Shown here in pieces: positions 9,149 to 17,705 of a stretch of DNA of 64,000 nucleotides. Where the stretch lies: the sequence record OV876907. The stretch is one strand, 5' to 3'. Both the position numbers and the translations under genes were made by a program. Position 1 is the stretch's first letter, and each line of letters begins with the position of its first letter. The notes under the pieces are model-generated. The model was not told the DNA's origin and did not search any database. It saw only the letters and a program-made list of their open reading frames with translations. The DNA comes from Escherichia phage UGJNEcP3.

Positions 9149-11236
9149 TTACCCTTGGATGAATTTTTCTGGGATGCCATAGAGGTCTATGCATGAAGCC
9201 AAAAGAGACAGTACATCAACCCGTGTAGATTTAACAAATGAATCAAAAGATACAGGGCTTTCGGAAGTATCGAAATCATCTTGATATACGACCAACTCAC
9301 CGGTTTCCATTAGTACGTCACCATCATATACCACAGATTCTTGAAGCTCATCTGATGTCATAACTTCAGCTTGAATAAATTTATTGTTAGACACCGTCCC
9401 GGAACCAGTATTGGCTGATGCATCCACGATTTTATCTATTTTTACAAGTAGCCCGCGTGGTAAAATTATTTCCTTTTCGTTGGCATGCATGCTTAATTGG
9501 CCAGGATAAATCACGTTAACCTTATGAGCGCCACTAATAGCCCAGCCAACATCAACACGGATTTGATCCGGCGCATACATATGTGTACGCACTTGACTAT
9601 CAGAGATGGTAACGCCTTCGTCATTATTATCAATGTTTAATTCTTTTCGAACATCATCGGAAGCAAGACCAATAGCCGCATTCTCTTTAAAGCCACCAAA
9701 AATGATTGGAGCTAATGAGGTTGAAACATAGTTTCTAAAATAGAATACCTTATTTTTAACTAATGCTTCGTAGATAGGCGCGCGCAAAGATTGTGCTCTA
9801 TAAACCATTATTCCTTCAGGTAAACGGTCTCCATTTTTAAAGGCAGAATCCATTCCATCAATAGCACGTTTAACTTCGCTTTCGTCCAAAACTTCATAAA
9901 AGCCTGGTTTATAACGACCAAGAAGGACATTGTTAATATCAATATAAGCTGAAGAGGCGTATTCTCTGATAGCTCGTTTTTCTGCAAGTGTATATTGTTT
10001 AGGGTCTCGAGATGTTGTTATATTAAGAATTTCTCTAGTTGATTCTATAGCGTATGTATACATTATCTTAGACAAGAATGAAGACTTACGTTGTTTCCAT
10101 ACTATTTCACTGTTTTCATTCAATATCTCTTTTTCCAAATGGAAATTGTCTTTTCTATAATCTTCAAACCAATCACTTTTAATAGATTCTGCGATTTCAT
10201 TAGCAACTTCAACAAAGGCAGCTAAAGCTTTAACTGACGTGGTTTTTTCATTTTTAATTTTTTTGACAAATGTTTCTAAAGAAGAGTTAATTTTATCACC
10301 GTAAGAAACTTCATCCGCAAATTTAAATGAATCATCCATAGTATTATAAATTTTAAAATCAATAGCCGTAGCCAACTTATCCTTAGCTGTTTCAGATGAT
10401 AACGATAGTTCAACTTCGGCCGCTTGTGGAATTAATTCTGCCGTAGCAGGCGCACTGAACTCACTAGCAGTTTGCTCGTATTTCTGAAACAATTCACCTT
10501 CATTACGATCTGATTCTAATGACTGGCTTGCTGCAATAGCACGTCGCGAAATCTTAGTCTTGGTTATAACCATTTTATCGGTGCGACGTTCTTCAACCTT
10601 AGCAATACTGCCGGCAATAGCAGTTTCTTTAGTAACCTGCAGGCCTTCTTTTTTAGAAATATAAACTTCACCAACATCAGAATCTACCTTAGTGTATAAT
10701 TCGGAATTAATTCCTGGCATACCCTTAATATCTTCAATGTTAGCTTGTTTACGAACTACTAGGATGTAAGTATGTTTACCGGTAAATTGGTACATAGCCG
10801 GAACTACTTTAAAACGTCCACCTGTTTTCTGTGCTACCAAACGTTGGATAATCCGTTGAACAATAGGCCCTTGACCTTTCATTTTCTTAGTAGGGAAACG
10901 GAACATCACTGCATCCATACGAAGCTTTTTAACTTGGTCATAAACCACATCAAAAATAGTATTAATCGCATCTACGGGAGTAGGGCCAAGGCCACCCTTA
11001 AGTTCGGCTGGAGTACCTTTAGCTGAAAGGCTCATAAGGATAACGTGGGCATATTTATCGCCTAATTTAACTTGTTTAATAGCATCACCTTCAGAAGCGT
11101 AGGATACCATACGCGCTACTAATTGGGATTCTGCATCGCCAATCTTCCAAATCTGAGGTACTTTAAGTTTTGGGTTCAAGTTTACTGTAGGCAGAGTGCC
11201 TTCGGACTCAAACACTTCATTTAATTGTTCGGTCAT
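9149..11236 (-). CDS. alt: Alt ADP-ribosyltransferase (copy most similar to T4 Alt)
   Basis: 695 aa. FYFRNYVSTS ... EKEIILPRG ... PEKFIQG; central region recalls T4 Alt more closely than the other two copies. Confidence 0.8.
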   Translation of the reverse strand: MTEQLNEVFESEGTLPTVNLNPKLKVPQIWKIGDAESQLVARMVSYASEGDAIKQVKLGDKYAHVILMSLSAKGTPAELKGGLGPTPVDAINTIFDVVYDQVKKLRMDAVMFRFPTKKMKGQGPIVQRIIQRLVAQKTGGRFKVVPAMYQFTGKHTYILVVRKQANIEDIKGMPGINSELYTKVDSDVGEVYISKKEGLQVTKETAIAGSIAKVEERRTDKMVITKTKISRRAIAASQSLESDRNEGELFQKYEQTASEFSAPATAELIPQAAEVELSLSSETAKDKLATAIDFKIYNTMDDSFKFADEVSYGDKINSSLETFVKKIKNEKTTSVKALAAFVEVANEIAESIKSDWFEDYRKDNFHLEKEILNENSEIVWKQRKSSFLSKIMYTYAIESTREILNITTSRDPKQYTLAEKRAIREYASSAYIDINNVLLGRYKPGFYEVLDESEVKRAIDGMDSAFKNGDRLPEGIMVYRAQSLRAPIYEALVKNKVFYFRNYVSTSLAPIIFGGFKENAAIGLASDDVRKELNIDNNDEGVTISDSQVRTHMYAPDQIRVDVGWAISGAHKVNVIYPGQLSMHANEKEIILPRGLLVKIDKIVDASANTGSGTVSNNKFIQAEVMTSDELQESVVYDGDVLMETGELVVYQDDFDTSESPVSFDSFVKSTRVDVLSLLASCIDLYGIPEKFIQG

Positions 11237-11258
11237 AATAATTCCTCTTTAATAACCT

Positions 11259-11266
11259 TATTTATG
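11259..11266 (-). promoter_or_regulatory. candidate late promoter (CATAAATA) for the alt cluster
   Basis: Minus strand reads CATAAATA about 20 nt upstream of the alt ATG at 11236; one mismatch to TATAAATA. Alt is a packaged late protein in T4. Confidence 0.35.
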
Positions 11267-11270
11267 CCAG

Positions 11271-11286
11271 AAAAGGCCCGAAGGCC
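11271..11286 (-). terminator. C(UUCG)G-type hairpin with U-run
   Basis: Minus strand AAGGCC-UUCG-GGCCUU followed by UUUCU, between ORF 11291-11473 and alt. Confidence 0.5.
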
Positions 11287-11290
11287 TTTA

Positions 11291-11473
11291 TTAAAGTACT
11301 AACAACGTACGGTACACTTCAAATTTAGGACCCTTTTCATAGCGGTCGAAATTATCTTTGAAATCGGCGAACGCGATTTCATTTTCAAATTCAAGGACAA
11401 TTTGGGACACTGCGGTGGAGACATCGCCACCTTCTTTATATCCAATAACCACGGTTTCTAAATAAACTTTCAT
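11291..11473 (-). CDS. hypothetical protein (start re-set from track ORF 11291-11572)
   Basis: Internal ATG at 11473 lies 1 nt after the ligase stop (11475-11477), suggesting translational coupling; about 60 aa. Confidence 0.4.
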   Translation of the reverse strand: MKVYLETVVIGYKEGGDVSTAVSQIVLEFENEIAFADFKDNFDRYEKGPKFEVYRTLLVL

Positions 11474-11474
11474 A

Positions 11475-12995
11475 TTATAACCCAGTTTGAGACCAATCAC
11501 CGAATACATCTTCAAATGTATCAGCTTCTGTTTTATCGAAACGCCAACCTTTAATGATAAGTAAGAAAACACCTACAGTATCGGTACGCCCTTTAGAATG
11601 AACCCAACCATTACATTCACAATCAGCGATACGTCCAATCAATTTACCTTCACGTGCTTCCTTCATCAGTCGTTCACGGTCCATATCAGGACGGTCTTCT
11701 AAAGGAATCAATATTTTCTTTTTAGTCTTAAAGTCTTTAGTGTGAGTTGTGTCTTTAAAGCCTGAACCACAGTCACTTGTAATTCGACGACACCGCGATA
11801 CTAACTCAACACCACCAATCTTGTTAGGGTCTTTAGAGTGTTCATAATAACCTACTACTTCTAAAGCGATATCGATTACTTCTTTGAACTTGATAAGATT
11901 CTTAGAACGGCGGTTTTCCCAATAGGAGTCCATGTTCTTAAGGATAATGCCTTCCAGACCTTGGTCGACATATTTCTTATAAACTTCACGAGCTTCTTTA
12001 AGATTATAGACCCATTGGTTTTCAATTGCTTCAACACGAGTTTTACCATGCAATACGACATTATGCCCTACCATATGTTCTAAGGCGGCAAAACGTACGT
12101 CGTATTTCTCGCCTTTAATTTTACCTTCAGAGTACACCACTTCAAGAGGAACATAGTCCCATGCCTGAAGAACCATACCAGCGGCTTCAGTAGCTGAAAT
12201 AGTACCATTCAGGGATTTGTTAGCTAATCCGTTTGAAGTGCTACGGTCTACAGCGAATTCTTTAGCCTTGCTTAGTTCAGGCATGTCTTCTTCAAACATA
12301 CTAAACAAGTCATTAGCTTCAGGTTGCTTAACCACCGGTTCATGGTAAACTAATTCACCATCAATTAATACGCCACCGGGATGTTTCTGACGTGCATCTT
12401 CAGTCATAACCATGAGCTCTTCAGCCAATAGATTAAGCCCTTGATATTCGTTACCGCCACGTGTAAGGAATGTTACGCCGTCGTTACGAACTTCAGCAAA
12501 ACATCGAGCCCCATCAGCTTTTAATTGAGCGAACGCTGGCCATTTAATATTTTTCTTAATCAGAGCTTCGTCATAAGAACTAGCCAACATTTGAGGTTGT
12601 TCAGGGATTAAACCTTTCCAAACCTTGTTAGCAATAGAAATTGATGCGCCACATTCAAGGTCACGCATCATTACGCGACGTAATACCTCAGCGTCCGGAC
12701 CTTTAGCATCAGCAATGATTTGGGCTAGTTCTTCAATAGCCGCATTACCTGTAATCTTACGGGTGGCTAGTGTGAACTCAGCGAAATCAAGAAGGTCTTC
12801 AAGTGTAATCATACCAAAGGATTGAGACGTAAATCCAGGTTCTGGCCACTTTTTAATGCCGTAATTCAGACGACGGGTATAGGCCATACGATAAACACGT
12901 TTCAGAAGCTCATTGTCCTTTTCACGAGCAATAATAGCTTCTTTAGCTTTAGTAGAATCAATAGCAGCAATTTCGTTTAAAATATCTAAAATCAT
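11475..12995 (-). CDS. 30: ATP-dependent DNA ligase gp30
   Basis: 506 aa; N-terminus MILDILNEIAAIDSTK... and the C-terminal FEDVFGD...TGL segment match recalled T4 DNA ligase closely. Confidence 0.9.
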   Translation of the reverse strand: MILDILNEIAAIDSTKAKEAIIAREKDNELLKRVYRMAYTRRLNYGIKKWPEPGFTSQSFGMITLEDLLDFAEFTLATRKITGNAAIEELAQIIADAKGPDAEVLRRVMMRDLECGASISIANKVWKGLIPEQPQMLASSYDEALIKKNIKWPAFAQLKADGARCFAEVRNDGVTFLTRGGNEYQGLNLLAEELMVMTEDARQKHPGGVLIDGELVYHEPVVKQPEANDLFSMFEEDMPELSKAKEFAVDRSTSNGLANKSLNGTISATEAAGMVLQAWDYVPLEVVYSEGKIKGEKYDVRFAALEHMVGHNVVLHGKTRVEAIENQWVYNLKEAREVYKKYVDQGLEGIILKNMDSYWENRRSKNLIKFKEVIDIALEVVGYYEHSKDPNKIGGVELVSRCRRITSDCGSGFKDTTHTKDFKTKKKILIPLEDRPDMDRERLMKEAREGKLIGRIADCECNGWVHSKGRTDTVGVFLLIIKGWRFDKTEADTFEDVFGDWSQTGL

Positions 12996-13279
12996 TTTAC
13001 CGTCCTTACAGTTTGTGTACTTCTATTATAAGCTACTTCATCTAAAAGCTCATTTAAAGTTTTGTGATACGATATAATACGCTTATCTTTAATATCGTAT
13101 TCAGTAACATACATAAATCCACGCCGAACACATTGGATAAAGATATCTTCATCTTTGGCTTGGAAATATACAGGGTTCAATCGAAGGAATTGTCTAACGT
13201 TTCCATAATCATGGGATTTAGGGGTCCCATCAGTAATTGTATGAACAACAAACATATTAACCTCGTGCAACCCATTCAA
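12992..13279 (-). CDS. hypothetical protein
   Basis: 95 aa ORF whose stop overlaps the ligase start; no recognised motif. Confidence 0.4.
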   Translation of the reverse strand: MNGLHEVNMFVVHTITDGTPKSHDYGNVRQFLRLNPVYFQAKDEDIFIQCVRRGFMYVTEYDIKDKRIISYHKTLNELLDEVAYNRSTQTVRTVK

Positions 13280-13895
13280 CAGCCGTATTATTACGAAGGG
13301 ATTCTATAGCTGCAATATCGTCCCATGAATTAACCTTTACTGCCAAATTGGGTTTAAAGTCGCGTTCACCACGGGCTAACCAATAAACTTGGATATCCAT
13401 GAGAACATTAGATGCAGCATCACAGTGGTGGGCCAAATCATCAACATAAAACTTAATATGTTTGCCATACGTATTTTTAGCTCTTATGAACAGGTCTTCT
13501 TTTGATTCTGAATGACCACACATCAGAATCTCTTTGAATGCGCCAGGGAACAAAGCATTCAAATTGAATTGTCTATTCAGCAGAGCATCAATTGAGTCGC
13601 CTAGCGCAGTCACGGCTACAAAATCGAAGTCTTTTTTGAGCTTGTTGATGTGTTTTAATGCGTCCATGTAAGGAGACAGATAACGAATGAAATCTGACTG
13701 GTTATATTTCTCAATTAAACGAGCGCCTAATTCATTATCACAATTAAACAGCTCGCCAGGAGATAAGAAACGTTCGTCCTGAATCATATTCAAAATATGT
13801 TCTAAAGGCAAATTATATTTCTGTGCGAAATAAGGCAAGCCGGACTGCCAACTTAAACATACTCCATCGATATCTGTTAAGATAACTGGTTTCAT
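13257..13895 (-). CDS. HAD-superfamily phosphatase-like protein (possible 5-prime(3-prime)-deoxyribonucleotidase type)
   Basis: 212 aa; N-terminal motif LTDIDGV (HAD motif I, DxDG) and a downstream YVDD acidic motif. Confidence 0.5.
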   Translation of the reverse strand: MKPVILTDIDGVCLSWQSGLPYFAQKYNLPLEHILNMIQDERFLSPGELFNCDNELGARLIEKYNQSDFIRYLSPYMDALKHINKLKKDFDFVAVTALGDSIDALLNRQFNLNALFPGAFKEILMCGHSESKEDLFIRAKNTYGKHIKFYVDDLAHHCDAASNVLMDIQVYWLARGERDFKPNLAVKVNSWDDIAAIESLRNNTAVEWVARG

Positions 13896-14359
13896 AATAA
13901 ATCTCTCAATTTGTTTAGGATGTCGATAAACTCTTTTTCAGTTAGTATTGTATCACATTCTGTAAGGTGGCTCGCCGTTGAATGCTTTAAAACCTTACCT
14001 TTAGTGGCTTGTAAAGCTTCTCGGAATCCTTTGTTCTGGAGCGCTGCTTCAAAATATGCACTTGTATACAACTCTTTCCATGATTCAGAGTATCTTGAAA
14101 AGGGAACTCCCATCCAAAAGAGGGTCCCACGGTCTTGAGCTCTTGCATAAGTTCGTCCAGCTTGCATTGCGGCCAATCCGGAGAGGCTAAATATACGTTT
14201 TTGTTGTTCATGATTTCTCACCTTACATCCTTGGAGGAATCCTTCGAGTCCACCAAATTGGATACTATCCATAACGAAAGGCCATTTAGCAAAGTTACTT
14301 AATGCACATGATGGCCATGGGAAATTACTTCTTATCTCTAACTCAGACATCTTTAACAC
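13892..14359 (-). CDS. NADAR-like domain protein (YbiA family)
   Basis: 155 aa; LSNFAKWPF ... LEGFLQGCK ... FREALQATKGKVL pattern recalls the YbiA/NADAR signature (SNFa.WP ... sEhyfQaqK); start overlaps the HAD-like gene stop. Confidence 0.5.
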   Translation of the reverse strand: MLKMSELEIRSNFPWPSCALSNFAKWPFVMDSIQFGGLEGFLQGCKVRNHEQQKRIFSLSGLAAMQAGRTYARAQDRGTLFWMGVPFSRYSESWKELYTSAYFEAALQNKGFREALQATKGKVLKHSTASHLTECDTILTEKEFIDILNKLRDLL

Positions 14360-14555
14360 TTATAATGTCAACATCAGCCCAATGGCCATAAGCAGGTAGA
14401 CGGTCTGCAATGGATAAACCGCCATCATATTTCAACATTTTAATTGTTTTAGTATACGGTTCAACATTTCGGGCCCATGGACTTACATCAGTCACACGAT
14501 ACGTAACTTCAACCATTTCTGTACCCAACAATTTCTGAATTAATTTCTTAAACAT
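14343..14555 (-). CDS. hypothetical protein
   Basis: 70 aa ORF in the early gene string. Confidence 0.35.
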   Translation of the reverse strand: MFKKLIQKLLGTEMVEVTYRVTDVSPWARNVEPYTKTIKMLKYDGGLSIADRLPAYGHWADVDIISVKDV

Positions 14556-14556
14556 G

Positions 14557-14751
14557 TTATCCTCGACGGAGCATTTTAATTAATGAAAGCTCTTCAGCCA
14601 TACGTACATCTTCAGTACCATCTACCCATAAAACTGCATAGGCTTCTTTAATTACTTTACCGTTAATTTTAAAAGCAGGTAACACCTTAGAAATCATTCC
14701 TGGGATACCTATACCTTTTAGCTGAACGGTTTGAGATAAGAATAAATGCAT
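14557..14751 (-). CDS. hypothetical protein
   Basis: 64 aa ORF in the early gene string. Confidence 0.35.
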   Translation of the reverse strand: MHLFLSQTVQLKGIGIPGMISKVLPAFKINGKVIKEAYAVLWVDGTEDVRMAEELSLIKMLRRG

Positions 14752-15038
14752 TAGAACCTCATCTGAAATCCATGTGATTTAACATTACCACCGTAGATGT
14801 CAGAAGTATTGACTTCGCGGGCAGCGCTAGGGTCGATATTAATATCATGGTTGAGCTTAGTGATTGCTAGGGTGTCACGACCATTAACTGTACGGAATTC
14901 TACCGGACAAACCACATCAGCATAAGCCTTAATGGATTCGCGAGTAGGCTGTTTGTCAGCAGGAACATCTTTACCTGCCTTAGAGAAAACAACTTCACAG
15001 AAATTTTTACGAGTATCGAAATAAGTGGTCATAAACAT
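14751..15038 (-). CDS. hypothetical protein (start re-set to the ATG with GAGGAAAATATT context)
   Basis: Track ORF extends to 15071 through the hairpin; the ATG at 15038 has a canonical RBS. Confidence 0.45.
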   Translation of the reverse strand: MFMTTYFDTRKNFCEVVFSKAGKDVPADKQPTRESIKAYADVVCPVEFRTVNGRDTLAITKLNHDINIDPSAAREVNTSDIYGGNVKSHGFQMRF

Positions 15039-15053
15039 AATATTTTCCTCAAT

Positions 15054-15069
15054 GGAGGCCGAAGCCTCC
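15054..15069 (-). promoter_or_regulatory. GGAGGCUUCGGCCUCC hairpin immediately upstream of an RBS
   Basis: 16 nt perfect palindrome with UUCG loop, then AUU, GAGGAAAAUAUU, AUG. An identical copy is at 52433-52448. Confidence 0.5.
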
Positions 15070-15079
15070 ATTTTTAAGA

Positions 15080-15445
15080 TTAGATATCAAATTCGTTAAG
15101 AACTACATCAAAGATTGCTTCCAGGTGTTCAGGTTTAGCACGGTTGCTCAGGATGTGACGAATCCAAGTTTTAACCAGAAGCTTACGATTATCGCCGTTC
15201 CAGCAAGGATGGGTACCTAAATCACGTTGACGGAAATCGTCATCTAAAGCGATTTTAAAAGTAGAACCTTCCATAGTGATTGAAACCGTAATACCATTTT
15301 CAAAGCGCATGTAAACGTAGTTAGGAGTCATGCACTGTTCGATTTCACACACTGTACCGTTTTCGTGTTTCCACAGGCAAATAACTTCGGAAGAACCAGC
15401 GATACCGTTAGAAACATATTTACGTTCGAAGTTGATGTAGTTCAT
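15080..15445 (-). CDS. hypothetical early protein
   Basis: 121 aa ORF preceded by a promoter-like module at 15446-15518. Confidence 0.45.
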   Translation of the reverse strand: MNYINFERKYVSNGIAGSSEVICLWKHENGTVCEIEQCMTPNYVYMRFENGITVSITMEGSTFKIALDDDFRQRDLGTHPCWNGDNRKLLVKTWIRHILSNRAKPEHLEAIFDVVLNEFDI

Positions 15446-15518
15446 TTTATTCTCCAGTTTGTTTTCGTATTATTTGGTACAGGTCTATAATAACACAACC
15501 TGTACCAAAGTAAAACAT

Positions 15519-15851
15519 TTATTTCACAACATTCCAATTTTTCATATCAAGTTTACCAACTTTTTTCATCTGAGCAATCAGACGTTCAGCACGTTTGCGG
15601 GCATTAACATAATAGAATTCACCAATTTCGTTTTCTTCAATACGGCCGGTAATTACAGTTTTCAGTTCATAAATCCAACCTGTAAAGAAGTTATGAAGCT
15701 CGATGGTAAAGGTGAAATCGGTACCCATACCTTCTGTTGTTTCAACTTCGATGATATCACCTTCAACTGCAGTCAGGACCCACATGGTTTCTTGATATTC
15801 ACCGTTGAAACATTTAGCTTTAACAGATGCATTCAGGTTTACAGTTTTCAT
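15519..15851 (-). CDS. hypothetical early protein
   Basis: 110 aa ORF preceded by a promoter-like module at 15852-15920. Confidence 0.45.
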   Translation of the reverse strand: MKTVNLNASVKAKCFNGEYQETMWVLTAVEGDIIEVETTEGMGTDFTFTIELHNFFTGWIYELKTVITGRIEENEIGEFYYVNARKRAERLIAQMKKVGKLDMKNWNVVK

Positions 15852-15949
15852 TTTATTCTCCGGTTTGTTTTCGTATTATTTGGTACATGTCTATAGTATC
15901 ATGCCTACCGGAGATGTACACCCTTTTTTTAAGATTTAGAAACAAAAAT

Positions 15950-15967
15950 GGGACTCCGAAGAGTCCC
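15950..15967 (-). terminator. C(UUCG)G hairpin with U-run
   Basis: Minus strand GGGACUC-UUCG-GAGUCCC followed by AUUUUUGUUUCU, just after the stop of small ORF 15973-16134. Confidence 0.5.
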
Positions 15968-15972
15968 ATAAC

Positions 15973-16134
15973 TTATACAATCACTTTACCGAAGCAAGCA
16001 GCATCTGCACGCAATACTGCACGAGCACGAGCTTGAAGCTTATCAACTACCTGATTGATACGCTTGTTAGACGCACGCTTGTAACCAGCGCGTTTAGAGG
16101 TACCGTCAACTACTTTAACTTCTTTCTTAGCCAT
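15973..16134 (-). CDS. small basic protein, 53 aa (absent from ORF track)
   Basis: ATG at 16134 to TAA at 15973-15975; Lys/Arg-rich (MAKKEVKVVDGTSKRAGYKRASNKR...); followed by a terminator hairpin. Confidence 0.4.
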   Translation of the reverse strand: MAKKEVKVVDGTSKRAGYKRASNKRINQVVDKLQARARAVLRADAACFGKVIV

Positions 16135-16392
16135 TTTTAAATCTCTTAAATTAGGATGCAGGACTTATTGGCGTTGCCTGCGCAAGCCCTCAAGGGAACA
16201 TAGGTTTTGGATATTTAACGACAGGATAACCATAAACCTCGTCATCATACCAACCACGACTTAGACAGATAACCTTTTTCTGACGCGTGATAGTACAAAA
16301 TACATTCAAGAGGTACACCGTAAAACTGCCGGGGTCTTAAAACTATAATGATTCGCAAATCATTAATCAGACAGTTCGACGGCTCCTCGATT

Positions 16393-16641
16393 TTACTTCA
16401 GGGTAATAATAAAATGACGTACTGCTTTACGAGCTGCTGAAGCCAAAGGCTTAGCATATTTCAGTTCATCTTTTGCTTCCAGTTCAGCCGCCAGTGTGGC
16501 CTGTGCTGGGTTCAGATGTTTGAAATAACGCAGGATTTCCAGTGCTTCGGCTTCAACATCAATAGATGCGCCGTAGTTTTCATGACCGTTGTTCCAAGCG
16601 TTGCGTTGCAGTTCAAGAGCGTGATTCAGTTGTTTGTTCAT
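16393..16641 (-). CDS. rIII: rIII lysis inhibition accessory protein
   Basis: 82 aa; MNKQLNHALELQRNAWNNGHENYGASIDVEAEALEILRYF... is near-identical to recalled T4 RIII. Confidence 0.9.
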   Translation of the reverse strand: MNKQLNHALELQRNAWNNGHENYGASIDVEAEALEILRYFKHLNPAQATLAAELEAKDELKYAKPLASAARKAVRHFIITLK

Positions 16642-16779
16642 TTTAGTTTCTCAATTCGAGATAAAGATTGGTGGACACGTTCTTCTGAATTTCACTTCCT
16701 TTCGGCAAGTCTCTCAGTTGTAGTCCACCGCTTAGGATTCTCCGGTTAACTAACTAGTCCGGCAGCCAATCCATATTAT

Positions 16780-16787
16780 TATTTATA
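16780..16787 (-). promoter_or_regulatory. late promoter TATAAATA upstream of rIII
   Basis: Exact TATAAATA on the minus strand directly after the gene 31 stop, with a ~140 nt leader to rIII. Confidence 0.45.
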
Positions 16788-17111
16788 TCACTTATAAAGA
16801 CACGGAATTGCCTTGTAGTGACAAGTAACGAATTTTTGTTTAATTTCTTTAGGTTGTTTAATACCCAATGCAACCAACGGATGAGGCACGTTAGCAATCT
16901 TACCAACAGGAAGTGGAGTCAAATCGCCTACTTCACAAAAATCTTCAGGGACATCAGGTCCTACAGAATAAATTTCACAAAGTTCAGGGATTTCACCTTG
17001 ATGAAGTTTGCCAATAACGATACCAGATGCAGTAGTTTCTTCATCACCAGCTTGTTTTGGTTCGGAAACGAGAATAACATATTCTCCGACCGCTTTAATA
17101 GGAAGTTCCAT
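16788..17111 (-). CDS. 31: co-chaperonin gp31 (GroES analogue)
   Basis: 107 aa; [12 protein letters not shown]...VGPDVPE...[15 protein letters not shown] matches recalled T4 gp31. Confidence 0.9.
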   Translation of the reverse strand: MELPIKAVGEYVILVSEPKQAGDEETTASGIVIGKLHQGEIPELCEIYSVGPDVPEDFCEVGDLTPLPVGKIANVPHPLVALGIKQPKEIKQKFVTCHYKAIPCLYK

Positions 17112-17141
17112 ATTTAATCCATATTGTTTTGTTGATAGATT

Positions 17142-17168
17142 AATAATAACACGCTATTCTTAAAGCAT
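17142..17168 (-). promoter_or_regulatory. candidate MotA-dependent middle promoter for gene 31
   Basis: Minus strand ATGCTTTAA (MotA-box-like), 12 nt, TATTAT, about 30 nt upstream of the gp31 ATG. Confidence 0.35.
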
Positions 17169-17169
17169 A

Positions 17170-17469
17170 TTACAGGACAAGCAGAGTTTCAGTCTGGAGC
17201 CCGTTAATAGAAATCAGTTTATCGAAACGGAACGAGCGCCAGTCATTAACCTTGGTATCAAATACACGAATATAATTAACCGGTTCTTTATTAGCTTCTG
17301 GGCCAGGTGCTTGAATTTCTTTATACGGGAGGAGGTCCAGGTCGCGAGTACAAGTCATACGACGAACGCTACCATCCGTCTTTTCAAACAGAACTTCGTG
17401 AAAGCCTACAGACAAGATAGTCTTGACTTTTTCACGGAGCCGAATAGTTTCTTGTTCAGTTAAAATCAT
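17170..17469 (-). CDS. hypothetical protein
   Basis: 99 aa ORF between 31 and cd. Confidence 0.4.
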   Translation of the reverse strand: MILTEQETIRLREKVKTILSVGFHEVLFEKTDGSVRRMTCTRDLDLLPYKEIQAPGPEANKEPVNYIRVFDTKVNDWRSFRFDKLISINGLQTETLLVL

Positions 17470-17471
17470 AA

Positions 17472-17705
17472 TTATTCCAGGATAGTTTTAATAGTGGTTG
17501 CATTACGCTCTTTTAGAGCTCTTAATAGGCTATGGCAATTATCAAGAATAGGTACTGTTTTGTAATTCATGTTGGCATAAACCCACTCGGATTTATAGTA
17601 CGATTTCCATCGAGAGAAAAAGTACTTTTTGTATTCTACTGAATAGGCTACTAAGCTTTCACCTTTTGAGTTCAGACCTGAAAACTTAACTAGTCGAAAT
17701 TTCAT
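17472..17705 (-). CDS. hypothetical protein
   Basis: 77 aa ORF between 31 and cd. Confidence 0.4.
   Translation of the reverse strand: MKFRLVKFSGLNSKGESLVAYSVEYKKYFFSRWKSYYKSEWVYANMNYKTVPILDNCHSLLRALKERNATTIKTILE

Noticed and set aside
16135-16392. 27 aa ORF (MMTRFMVILSLNIQNLCSLEGLRRQRQ) considered as a stp-like peptide
   Set aside because: No resemblance to the recalled T4 Stp sequence and no convincing RBS; left as part of the ORF-free region finding.
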